Shown: positions 7,753 through 16,938, counted from the first letter of the stretch. The stretch: DNA of 20,000 nt from an uncultured virus (IMG/VR IMGVR_UViG_2513237125_000007) (IMGVR_UViG_2513237125_000007:57688-77687), one strand, 5' to 3'. Notes: a model not told the origin generated them from the letters alone. Translations and numbers: made by a program.

Positions 7753-8280
7753 ATGGACGCCAACAACACTGAATTGCATACCAAGCGATGGGAACTCCTG
7801 TGGGGAGTCCAGAAGTCACAGCGCTATCACTCCTGCCGTATGGCATTCTTTGACCGCTGCGACAAGCTGAATTCTGTTATTGGGTTATTGAGTGGTTCCG
7901 CAGTAATTGCTTCTCTGGGCCAATACGCGCCACAGTGGATGGCCCTTGCCGGAGCAGTCACTGTCACCATCGCCACCAGTATTAACCTAGTTGCTGGAAC
8001 GGCACAGATGGCACGTATCCATAGCGACCTACGCCGCCGTTTCTCTCAACTTGAGTCTGACATCGTCAAGCATCCAGAAGCCACGCAAGAACAAATTTCT
8101 GCCTGGACTGCACAGCGCCTGGGGATAGAAAGCGATGAGCCTCCTATCTTTGTTGCACTGGATATTTTGTGTGAAAACCAGGTGACGCGATCTTATGCCC
8201 ATCTAAAGGACCACCCATCGCGCAAACTGCCCTGGTTCAAGCGTGTTACGGCTCAGTGGTTGACGTGGGGGAATGCGTAG
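7753..8280 (+). CDS. SLATT-like two-TM membrane protein (alternative start 7741)
   Basis: Amphipathic helix SQRYH...FFDR, two hydrophobic segments (VIGLLSGSAVIASL and WMALAGAVTVTIATSINLV), then ARIHSDLRRRFSQL and IESDEPP. This is the SLATT architecture by pattern recognition. Confidence 0.65.
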   Translation: MDANNTELHTKRWELLWGVQKSQRYHSCRMAFFDRCDKLNSVIGLLSGSAVIASLGQYAPQWMALAGAVTVTIATSINLVAGTAQMARIHSDLRRRFSQLESDIVKHPEATQEQISAWTAQRLGIESDEPPIFVALDILCENQVTRSYAHLKDHPSRKLPWFKRVTAQWLTWGNA

Positions 8281-8317
8281 CTTGCCAGTGGCAACCACTA
8301 TGCCGCATGATGCCAGC

Positions 8318-8662
8318 ATGGAAGCACGTATAGTTCAACTTGAAACCATCATCCCCACGCTTGCCACCAAGGCCGATGTTGAAAGTTTGCGGGCTGACTT
8401 AAACAAGTCGGCGGGTGAACTGCGGGCCGACTTAAACAAGTCGGCGGGTGAGTTGCGTGCTGATTTCGAGAAGGCTCAAAAAGAAAACCGCACATGGATG
8501 CTTGCTACGGTCATCGGCCTTTTCGCAGGCATTCTTGGTGTTGGCGGCTTCGTGGTCAGCAGCATCAAGGGGAGCTATCAAGCGTTACCGGCTCAGTCCC
8601 CCCCAATCATCATCCAGGTTCCTGCTCAGGCATTGCAGCCACCACCGCAGGCGGCCAAGTAA
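8318..8662 (+). CDS. DUF1640/CCDC90-like coiled-coil membrane-anchored protein
   Basis: LATKADV neck-like motif, coiled coil, TM segment WMLATVIGLFAGILGVGGFVV and a Pro/Gln-rich tail. Confidence 0.7.
   Translation: MEARIVQLETIIPTLATKADVESLRADLNKSAGELRADLNKSAGELRADFEKAQKENRTWMLATVIGLFAGILGVGGFVVSSIKGSYQALPAQSPPIIIQVPAQALQPPPQAAK
8388..8465 (+). repeat. 33-bp in-frame tandem repeat (about 2.4 copies)
   Basis: TGCGGGC(T/C)GACTTAAACAAGTCGGCGGGTGA at 8388 and 8421, partial copy at 8454. It encodes LRADLNKSAGE twice. Confidence 0.9.
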
Positions 8663-8856
8663 TCTCTTTAGATTTTGGTTGCTCACGAAACGGCCTGAAT
8701 GATATTAGCACCGCCGTAACAATTTCTTAGTGTCTGCTATTCCATTCCCAGTCATGGGAATGCGGCGAGTTCACTTTTATGCTTTACTGAAAAAGCATTC
8801 ATTAAGCCCCAGATGCGAATAGAGAATGTGTACTTTCATAAAAGATACACATAATT

Positions 8857-8898
8857 ATTAGTGCCGCTATTGACATTAATAATAAGCGGCACTATTGT
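8857..8898 (+). promoter_or_regulatory. PL/OL-type early promoter with two operators
   Basis: TTGACA(8870-8875)-N17-TATTGT(8893-8898), overlapped by ATTAGTGCCGCTATT (8857-8871) and ATAAGCGGCACTATT (8882-8896). Confidence 0.88.
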
Positions 8899-8953
8899 AA
8901 CTCCATCGCCCCACGACACCCGCACCCAGCGGCAGGGGCCAGGAGATATCGAA

Positions 8954-9343
8954 ATGACATCAATCATTAGTGAGCAACCCCAGCCTCAGGCTAACCAGGC
9001 CTTATCAGGGACTCAAAAAGCGCCGTTGTTTTACTTCAACGGCATTCGGGATGAGGAAGCCGCGGAGTTACAGCGCGCTAGCTACTCCTTGGTAGCACCA
9101 CACGATCCTAATTCGGCAATCAAAGTAAGCGCCCTTAGTGACCCGTTGCCACTGTTTAGCGGTTTGGTGTGTTCTTGCTTCGTCGTTCGAACCGATAGGG
9201 ATGACAGGTGTTGCGATTACTTCGTTGTAGGCAGAAGGCACCCACAGTACGAGCAAGTCCGTGCCGCTTACAAAGATGCCGTTTTTGTGTCATGCCACAC
9301 CGTTAGCGGCGAGCACACCTATAGCGACGAGGTGGCCGCATGA
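8954..9343 (+). CDS. Hypothetical early protein (paralogue 1)
   Basis: AGGAG at 8941-8945 then ATG 8954. First gene after the PL-type promoter. Confidence 0.75.
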   Translation: MTSIISEQPQPQANQALSGTQKAPLFYFNGIRDEEAAELQRASYSLVAPHDPNSAIKVSALSDPLPLFSGLVCSCFVVRTDRDDRCCDYFVVGRRHPQYEQVRAAYKDAVFVSCHTVSGEHTYSDEVAA

Positions 9344-9741
9344 GCACCTTGACCGAAGAAGTACAGGCTAACCAGGCCTTATCAGAAACTAAAAAAGCGC
9401 CGCTGTTCTACTACACTTACATCCAGGACGCTGTAGGTGCTGAGCGGCAATGCATTACTGATTACCTTAAAGAGCCAGGTGTAAATTCTTCAGAAGGAAC
9501 GATACGAGTTTTTGCAGCTCACTACGTTAAGTTCAGTCCTTTGGTGCGCTCATGGTTTGTAGGTAGGCCAGACGGCGATATACAGCGTACGTCTATGGGG
9601 TACGAATATATACGTGTAGAACCAACACATCCACTGTATCCGCAGATAAAAGATGCGTGTGAAGAATTATACAGCTTTAATGAATCCGTCCTATCCCGTA
9701 TGGCACACAAAGCCGCCAATACGCCAAAGGTAGGTGCGTAA
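9340..9741 (+). CDS. Hypothetical early protein (paralogue 2)
   Basis: GAGG SD and ATGA coupling. It shares QANQALSxTxKAPLFY and HPxYxQ with the upstream gene. Confidence 0.75.
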   Translation: MSTLTEEVQANQALSETKKAPLFYYTYIQDAVGAERQCITDYLKEPGVNSSEGTIRVFAAHYVKFSPLVRSWFVGRPDGDIQRTSMGYEYIRVEPTHPLYPQIKDACEELYSFNESVLSRMAHKAANTPKVGA

Positions 9742-10142
9742 TGGCTGGTATTGGATACAGCAGTTATAGCGATCCGCGTTTACAACCACCGGAAGATGAT
9801 TTTAAAGAGTATTTTGCCGAGCGGGTCGATGCGCGGGTTCACGAGTATTTAAATAACCCAGATAAACGAGCGGAAGCCGATGAATGGGCGGCGGATATAT
9901 TATCTACTGAGCATTATAAAGCGATGGGAAGTGCTTTAGCGGATTTATATACCTTCCCTTCGGATCAGTTAATCGGCAGCGATCTATTAAAACGTCTGTA
10001 TGCATTAGCCGAAGTGCAAGAACGCGTACGGCTGGAGCAATTGCAGCTTCTCGCTGAGGAAGACGTCAAAGAAGCCATGCGCCAAGAAGCGGAATGCGTT
10101 AACGCGATGCGCGGCGGTGTCATGCAGGAGGACTATGCATGA
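9741..10142 (+). CDS. Hypothetical acidic helical phage protein
   Basis: 133-aa ORF with TAATG coupling to the previous gene. Confidence 0.7.
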   Translation: MAGIGYSSYSDPRLQPPEDDFKEYFAERVDARVHEYLNNPDKRAEADEWAADILSTEHYKAMGSALADLYTFPSDQLIGSDLLKRLYALAEVQERVRLEQLQLLAEEDVKEAMRQEAECVNAMRGGVMQEDYA

Positions 10143-10333
10143 ATCGTTATCGCAAAGCGGAGGAGCAGAGTATTGCATTGCGCCACTATTACAGCTCGCG
10201 CCCTTGGTTAGCCCACTTTATTTTGCGCGATACCCGAGCAACGCCAAACGCACTACGCATCGCCAATTACCGCGTGCGCCGCGCGCACTACGACGCCGCT
10301 AAAACGCTTTCTGAAACCCTAATTAAACACTAA
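10139..10333 (+). CDS. Hypothetical basic phage protein
   Basis: GGAGG SD and ATGA coupling. Confidence 0.65.
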   Translation: MNRYRKAEEQSIALRHYYSSRPWLAHFILRDTRATPNALRIANYRVRRAHYDAAKTLSETLIKH

Positions 10334-10364
10334 CCCCGAACGTTTTTCGGGAAGGAGTTTTTAT

Positions 10365-10559
10365 ATGTCGCCTCCCATGCCGACAGCACTACTCATGCGT
10401 TCGATGAGTGATAGCGAACTTGTGAATGACCTAACCACCCGGCAAGCCGTGGAGCGTTTTACGCCTGTAGAAAGCGAGTTGTTGTTTCGTCTTACCGCCC
10501 TAGTAGAAGACTACGAGCACGTATGTGAGGCACTGGAGCAGCGCAGCGATGCGCAGTGA
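10365..10559 (+). CDS. Hypothetical phage protein
   Basis: AAGGAG SD upstream of ATG. Confidence 0.7.
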   Translation: MSPPMPTALLMRSMSDSELVNDLTTRQAVERFTPVESELLFRLTALVEDYEHVCEALEQRSDAQ

Positions 10560-10606
10560 TGACAACGCACCAGCACCAGCTAACCCACACACGAGAGAGA
10601 AAACCC

Positions 10607-11051
10607 ATGTTCCCTATGACCGTCACGATTACCGACCAGGCCCAATTAAACGCTGTTTTGGCGGTGCTTAAGCCGCCCAGCAGGTGCAGCCCCGCGCAAC
10701 CTGTGTTTGACGATACACCGCGCAGCGATAGCGCCCCTGAAAAACCAACGGCGGCAACGCCTCCCGCTGCGGGTAAGACGCAGCGCGCTGCCAAACCGGC
10801 TGCTGCTCAGAGCACAACCGACGTTATGCGCACGCCTGGATATGCTGAGGTGGCGAAGGCGTTAACGGCCCTGTCTAAGGAACTTGGCGAAAAGTACGCC
10901 TACGACGTTTTGGAGTCATTCGGCGTCAAAGTGTTGTCCAAGATACCGGAGGAGTTAGTTTCCGAAAGTGCTGGAGTACATCAACGGATTTTACATCGCC
11001 CACGAACGCGGTTTGCCCTTAGACGCTGTGCCCTCAGACGGTGAGCCATGA
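10607..11051 (+). pseudogene. Ala/Pro-rich phage protein preceding DUF2800, frameshifted near 10957
   Basis: Removing one base at about 10957 gives ...LSKIPEELFPKVLEYINGFYIAHERGLPLDAVPSDGEP*, ending in an ATGA overlap with the next gene. Confidence 0.6.
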
Positions 11052-12325
11052 GCCAGCACGCCATGCTATCCCCAAGCAGTGCGCATCGCTGGCTGCACTG
11101 TCCGGCAAGCGTTCCGTTAACGCGCACCTGCAAAGACGACGCTAGCCCATTTGCCGATGAAGGCACCGTGGCCCATACGGTGGCTGCCAACGCATTACGC
11201 ACCGGGTCCGATGCCAGCGCGTACGTAGGAGAACGCCATGAGATCAACGGTCGCAGTTTGGGAAGTGACCGCAGAGATGGCCGCGTCCGTGCAGGAGTAT
11301 GTGGATTACGTGCGCGCCATTGCGGGGGTGCGCCTGGTCGAGCAGCCCTTACACATTGCCTCCATCACGGGGGAGCAAGGCGCTCAAGGGACCGCTGATG
11401 CGGTGATCCTGTCCGGGGATGAGTTAGTCATCGTTGATCTCAAATACGGCAAAGGCGTCAAAGTCTTCGCCGAAGGCAACGAGCAGTTACAGCTGTATGC
11501 GCTGGCAGCGCTGAGTGAATTTGGATGGGTGGAAGACTTCCAGCAGGTGCGGCTAGTGATCGTGCAACCACGGCTCGGACATGCGGATGAGTGGGTGCGC
11601 ACCCTCCCCGAGATGGAGGATTTTAAACAGCGGGTCAAGCGCAGTGCTACGCGGTGTATGGAAGCGATTGGGCACTACACCAACGTAGGCGAATTATCTT
11701 CGGAGTATTTCGGCCCCGCAGAAATGCCCTGCCGGTTTTGCAAGGCCAAAGCGACGTGTCCGGCATTGGCCACGCACGTACTGACCACGGTTGCGGATGA
11801 TTTTGTTGATCTCACCCAGCCCGTGGCCCCGCAGCTCAGCCACGCGGCCCTGCGCACGTTTGACAACACCACGTTGGCCTCCCTGTTTGGTGCAACAGAG
11901 TTGATTGAGTCCTGGTGTAAGGCTGTCCGTGCCAAAGCAGCAGCGGAATTGCGTTCGGGGAACGCCGTGCCTGGATACAAGCTGGTCCAAGGCCGACAGG
12001 GGCCGCGCCGTTGGGTGGACGAGACTGCCGCCGAGGACGCGCTCATCCAGATGCGCATTGGAGTCGCTCACCTGCATGACGTGTCCCTCATCAGCCCCAC
12101 GAGCGCCGAGAAACTCCACCAGGCCGGAATCATCGGGGAGAGCCAATGGACCCAGCTCCAGCCGCTCATTCATAGGGCGACAGGGGCACCCGTTGTTGTC
12201 CCGACGTCGGATCAACGCCCCCGCTCGCCCTTCAGGACGCGACGGATTTCGAGGACTTGAGCCGCTCCCCTAACCCAACACCAGCAAAAACACCAACCCT
12301 ACTTTCACCCCAGGAGACACCGTGA
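11048..12325 (+). pseudogene. DUF2800 Cas4-like PD-(D/E)XK exonuclease, frameshifts near 11255 and 12221
   Basis: HAMLSPSSAHRWLHCPAS and ADEGTVAH are in one frame. GTADAV, IVDLKYGKG, NEQLQLYA and CRFCKAKATC are in another. The corrected tail ...LALQDATDFEDL...QETP* ends in a TGATG overlap. Confidence 0.85.
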
Positions 12326-12891
12326 TGAAACTCACCCTAAAAAACGTGCGCTTAGCCTTCCCCGTGTTGTTTGAACCTAAGAAAGTGAATGGCGAAGGCG
12401 AAGCCGCCTTCTCGGCCTGCTTCCTCATCGACCCTGCCGATCCGCAAGTGAAAGCCCTTAACCAGGCGATTGACAAGATGGCCAATGACAAATGGGGCGT
12501 TAAGGCGGCGGCCCAGCTTAAACAGATGCGTATGGGTGACAAAGTCGCGTTGCATGATGGCGACCTGAAAGCCAGTTATGACGGGTTTGCAGGGCACCTA
12601 TACGTCTCTGCGCGTAACAAGTCCCGGCCACTGGTGATCGACCGTGACCGGACCCCGCTCGCCGCGCAGGACGGCAGGCCGTATGCCGGATGTTACGTCA
12701 ACGCCAACATAGAACTCTGGGCGCAGGACAACAACTACGGCAAGCGGATTAACGCCTCGCTGGGTGGCGTGCAGTTCGTGGGTGATGGTGAGGCGTTCGC
12801 TGGAGGCGGTGTGGCCAGCGTGGAGGACTTCGAGGACCTGAGCGCCATTGCTGAGCTGGCCGATGTTGAAGGCGCCATGCCGTGGGGGTGA
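12325..12891 (+). CDS. DUF2815 phage ssDNA-binding protein
   Basis: NVRLAFPVLFEP, LHDGD, YAGCYVNA, LGGVQFVGDGEAFAGG and an acidic tail. AGGAG SD present. Confidence 0.9.
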   Translation: MKLTLKNVRLAFPVLFEPKKVNGEGEAAFSACFLIDPADPQVKALNQAIDKMANDKWGVKAAAQLKQMRMGDKVALHDGDLKASYDGFAGHLYVSARNKSRPLVIDRDRTPLAAQDGRPYAGCYVNANIELWAQDNNYGKRINASLGGVQFVGDGEAFAGGGVASVEDFEDLSAIAELADVEGAMPWG

Positions 12892-12958
12892 ACCCCAATA
12901 GGGAGGGCGCTTCGCCCTCCCACACCCCAGCTCCCCTTACACCTTCAAGGACAACCTC

Positions 12959-14113
12959 ATGCATACACCCTCTGAGTTCACGCTCCAGTTTGAATCCCGC
13001 GCCGTGCGTGTCCAGGTCGATGAGGCCGGTACACCGTGGTTTAACGCCAATGACATTTGCACGGCGTTGGGATTGGCGAATCCATCTCAGGCAATCAAGT
13101 CCCACGTAGACGCAGATGATCTATCAAAACGCGAAATCATCGACGCCATCGGGCGGACTCAACGCGCCAACTATCTCAATGAGCCGGGAATGTACGCCCT
13201 GCTCATCGGCAGCACCAAAGCCGCCGCTAAACGCTTTAGACAGTGGCTGACCGATGAAGCGCTGCCCGCAGCGCTAAAAGCGGGTCAACACATCATCCCA
13301 CTGCATCACGCGCCTTCCGTCTCAATCCCCTTCCAACCCACAGAGGAACACACAATGAACGCAATCACTCCATTCCAATTTGAATCGCACGCCGTGCGTA
13401 CCGTGGTCGATGATCACGGTGAAGTGTGGTTTGTCGGCAAAGACGTTGCCGATGTACTCGGCTACACCAACCATAACAAAGCTTTGGGCGACCATTGCAG
13501 AGGGGTAACGAAGTGTTACCCCATCCCAGATAACCTTGGCCGCTTGCAGGAAACCAGGATCATCTCCGAGCCTGACATGCTCCGCTTGATTGTGAGCAGC
13601 AAACTCCCTGCCGCAGAACGGTTTGAGCGTTGGGTGTTTGAGGAAGTCCTGCCCACCCTGCGCAAAACAGGCACGTACTCCACACCTGGGGCGCTGCCCA
13701 CCTTGCCTGGGCCGACGCAGGATCGCATTGCCGCACTCCTGTTAATCGGCCAATACATTTCCACGGTGCCGGGCGTGAAACCAGGAATTGCTGCCGCCGC
13801 GACCTTGGCCTGTATCAAAAGCAATACGAATTTAACGACCGAAGAGATACGCCGTGCATTGCCTGCACTGCGGGACCCGCTTTGCCTGCTCAATGCGACG
13901 CAATTAGGCAAGCAGCTCCGTTGCTCGGCCAAAGAGGCGAACCACTTATTAGCGTCGGCAGGGTTGCAGTTCCGTAATGAACGCGACGACTGGGAATTAA
14001 CCGAAGCCGGTCGCGTATGGGGCGAAGCCATTCCGTACTCACGCAACGGGCATAGCAGCTACCAGATTCTTTGGAATCCGACGGTGGTTGACTCGCTGAA
14101 GGTCGCCGCCTGA
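12959..14113 (+). CDS. Antirepressor-like protein with two tandem Bro-N domains
   Basis: Domain 1 PWFNANDICTALG...NEPGMYALLIGS...AKRFRQWL. Domain 2 VWFVGKDVADVLGY...ISEPDMLRLIVSS...AERFERWVFEEVLPTLRKTGTY. C-terminal KilAC-like NATQLGKQL region. Confidence 0.88.
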   Translation: MHTPSEFTLQFESRAVRVQVDEAGTPWFNANDICTALGLANPSQAIKSHVDADDLSKREIIDAIGRTQRANYLNEPGMYALLIGSTKAAAKRFRQWLTDEALPAALKAGQHIIPLHHAPSVSIPFQPTEEHTMNAITPFQFESHAVRTVVDDHGEVWFVGKDVADVLGYTNHNKALGDHCRGVTKCYPIPDNLGRLQETRIISEPDMLRLIVSSKLPAAERFERWVFEEVLPTLRKTGTYSTPGALPTLPGPTQDRIAALLLIGQYISTVPGVKPGIAAAATLACIKSNTNLTTEEIRRALPALRDPLCLLNATQLGKQLRCSAKEANHLLASAGLQFRNERDDWELTEAGRVWGEAIPYSRNGHSSYQILWNPTVVDSLKVAA

Positions 14114-14114
14114 G

Positions 14115-16299
14115 ATGGCCACCGCGCAGCCACCCGCCCCGATCCTATGGGGGGACCTCGAGACGTACTCCCCCGTCCCGATGGCCCATGGCGTGCATGC
14201 GTATGCCGAGCACGCCGAGCTGTTGCTGTTCGCCTACGCCTTGGGTGAGGGGCCGGTGCAGGTGTGGGACTGCACGGCCACGGCCACGCCGCCTGACGAC
14301 CTGTCCGCCGCGCTGCATGACCCAGGCGTATTACTGTACTTCCACAACTCTCATTTTGATCGGACCGTACTACGCCATTGCGGCATCGACATCCCCTTGG
14401 AGCGCTGGCGCGATTCAATGGCCCAGGCCTTGGCCCATTCACTGCCTGGGGCGCTGGGCACGTTATGCGAGCTGCTGCGCGTGCCTGTGGAGCACGCCAA
14501 GGACAAGGACGGCAAACGGCTCGTTGCACTGTTTTGCAAACCGCGCCCCGCCCATTGCACGCTGCGCCGCGCCAGCCGTGACACCCATCCGACGGACTGG
14601 GCGCAGTTTGTGGAGTACGCACAACGCGATGTGGCCGCGATGCGGGAGGTGGTGAAGCGGTTGCCGTCCCACAACTACGCGGGGGCGGAGCTGGCGCTGT
14701 GGTTCCTGGACCAAACCATCAATGATCGCGGGGTCCTCATCGATACGGACTTGGTGCAGGCCGCGATTGGCGCTGTGGAACGCGCCAAGCAAACATTAGC
14801 CCAGCGTACCGAGGCGTTGACCGGCGGCGCAGTGCAGGCCGCGACGCAGCGCGATGCACTGTTGCACCACCTGAGCACCGCGCACGGCGTGGCGTTGCCG
14901 GACATGCAGCAACACACGGTCGCGCGGTGCGTTGACGATCCGGCACTCCCAGAGACGGTGCGCGAACTGCTGTCTATTCGCCGACAAGCCAGCAGCACCA
15001 GCACCGCTAAGTACCAGGCGCTGCTGCACTGCACCAGCCCTGACGGTCGCCTGCGCGGCACACTGCAATTTAACGGGGCCAGTCGCACCGGGCGCTGGGC
15101 GGGGCGGCTGTTTCAGCCGCACAATTTGCCGCGCCCCACGCTCAGCCAAGAAGTGATCGCGGTCGGCATCGATGCCATGAAAGCCGGTTGTGTGGATTTA
15201 GTCTTTGACGATGTCATGGCGCTGACCAGCAGCGCGCTGCGCAGTTGTCTGATTGCACCAAAGACTAAAAAGCTGGTCGTGGCCGATCTGTCCAACATTG
15301 AAGGCCGGGTGTTGGCGTGGCTGGCCGGTGAAACCCCCAAGCTGCACGCGTTTCGTGAGTTTGATACGTGCCAAGGGGTGGATGGTACATGGCACAGCGG
15401 CGAGGCCATCACGCACGGCGCGCTGCGCGGTGCGCCGATCGCCTTGCAACGCAATGCTGAGGACGCGCCTGTCCGCAAAGGGGACGACATTTACAAGCGG
15501 GCGTATGCCCATTCGTTCGGGATCGCGCCCCAGGCCGTGAGCAAGGAGCAACGCCAAATCGGCAAAGTGCAAGAATTGGCGTTGGGGTATGGCGGCGGTG
15601 TCGGGGCCTTTGCTGCCTTTGCAGCGCTGTACCACATTGATTTGGAGGCGATGGGGGGCCGCGCAGGCCGCCCTACCGCCGCTGCTGCTTCAGGAGGCAA
15701 CGGAACTGCTTGAATGGACCAAGGCGAACCACCGTCCCACCTTCGGCCTCTCCGATCGCGCATGGCTGGCGTGCGATGTGTTTAAGCGCGCATGGCGCAA
15801 TGCGCATCCGGCCATTGCGGCGTTTTGGCAGGCGTTGCAGTTCGCGGTGACGGATGCGATCCATCACCCCGAAACGGCGCATACCTGCTGCGGGATCACA
15901 GTGCAGTACCGCCGGGCATGGCTGCGGCTGCGTCTGCCGTCGGGGCGGGTGCTTTACTACGCCGCTCCCAGAGTCGATGAGCACGGCGCGCTGTCCTACA
16001 TGGGCACGCATCCGATCACGCGAAAATGGACGCGCCTCACCACCTACGGCGGCAAGCTGGTCGAGAACATCACCCAAGCCGTCAGCCGCGACGTATTGGC
16101 CGCCTGCATGCCTGCGATTGAAGCAGCGGGTTACGCGATCGTGCTCACCGTGCATGACGAGATCATTACCGAAGCCGATGACCACCCCTGCTTCAACGCC
16201 GCGCACTTGGCTGCACTCATGGCGACACCGCCCCCCTGGGCAGAGGGGTTGCCCTTAGCGGCGGAAGGCTTCGACACCTACCGGTATAGGAAGCAATGA
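14115..16299 (+). pseudogene. Family A phage DNA polymerase, split by a frameshift at the G6 run 15653-15658
   Basis: Exo motifs DLETYS, HNSHFD, YAQRDV, then RTGRWAG, motif A ADLSNIEGR and motif B RQIGKVQELALGYG in 14115-15713. TYGGKLVENITQA and motif C TVHDEII are in 15589-16299. Confidence 0.9.
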
Positions 16300-16574
16300 T
16301 GACCATCCCCCGTGAGCGAACGATTGAACGTTATTTAGTCGCCCAGGTCAGGGCCAAAGGCGGTGAAATCCGCAAGGTGAAATGGGGTGGCCGCCACGGT
16401 GCGCCAGATCGCATTGCCATGCTGCCCAACGGGCGCACCCTGTGGGTGGAACTCAAAGCCCCCGGCCAGCAGTGCACACCGCATCAAGTCCGTGAGCATG
16501 AGCGTATGCGCCGCATGGGGCTGCGCGTGGTCGTGGTCGATTCTTTGCAAGGCGTCGATGAGGTACTGGCGTGA
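16296..16574 (+). CDS. VRR-NUC domain nuclease
   Basis: ERTIERYL...GAPDRI...WVELKAPG...Q motif, ATGA coupling. Confidence 0.9.
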   Translation: MMTIPRERTIERYLVAQVRAKGGEIRKVKWGGRHGAPDRIAMLPNGRTLWVELKAPGQQCTPHQVREHERMRRMGLRVVVVDSLQGVDEVLA

Positions 16575-16575
16575 C

Positions 16576-16938
16576 TCAGAAAAACGCTTTGATGATCAGT
16601 GCAGCAACGCCCGCCACGAGCACGCCTAGCATCCACTTGAGCAGGAGCATTTCGCCTTTTATCTCAGCAAAGCGCGTATCCACCTGCGCAAAGCGCTGGT
16701 CCATGGTCTTTTCCACCTGCGCAAAGCGCTGGTCAACCTGCGCAAAACCTTCCTTCATATCGGCTTCAAGACGCGCTAATGCCTTGCCATTTTTAGATTC
16801 GGATTCAGCAAGGCCTTGTAAATTTATTTCCAACACTTCCGCCAAGGCTTCGGCTTCCGCCTCCGCATGGGCCGCAGGAACGCCTGCCGTTTTCAACCGG
16901 TTCGCAAATTTAAGTGTATCGAATGCTACGGATGTCAC
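16576..16938 (-). CDS. DUF1640/CCDC90-family coiled-coil membrane protein (antisense moron)
   Basis: FDTLKFANRLKTAGVPAAHAEA head, coiled coil with FAQVDQR repeats, LLKWMLG TM anchor. AAGGAG SD precedes GTG. Confidence 0.88.
   Translation of the reverse strand: MTSVAFDTLKFANRLKTAGVPAAHAEAEAEALAEVLEINLQGLAESESKNGKALARLEADMKEGFAQVDQRFAQVEKTMDQRFAQVDTRFAEIKGEMLLLKWMLGVLVAGVAALIIKAFF
16679..16746. repeat. Internal coding repeats in the DUF1640 gene
   Basis: TCCACCTGCGCAAAGCGCTGGTC at 16679-16701 and 16712-16734, partial ACCTGCGCAAA at 16736-16746. Confidence 0.85.

Noticed and set aside
8743..8762. Hairpin CATTCCCA-GTCA-TGGGAATG as a terminator
   Set aside because: There is no adjacent U-tract on either strand, so function is unsupported.
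8987..9411. Repeat pair as a DGR template/variable region
   Set aside because: There is no reverse transcriptase, two of five mismatches are T/C rather than at adenines, and the block lies at gene 5' ends.
11048..12325. Cas4-like nuclease as evidence of CRISPR
   Set aside because: It sits in the standard DUF2800-DUF2815-polA-VRR-NUC-SNF2 phage replication module.
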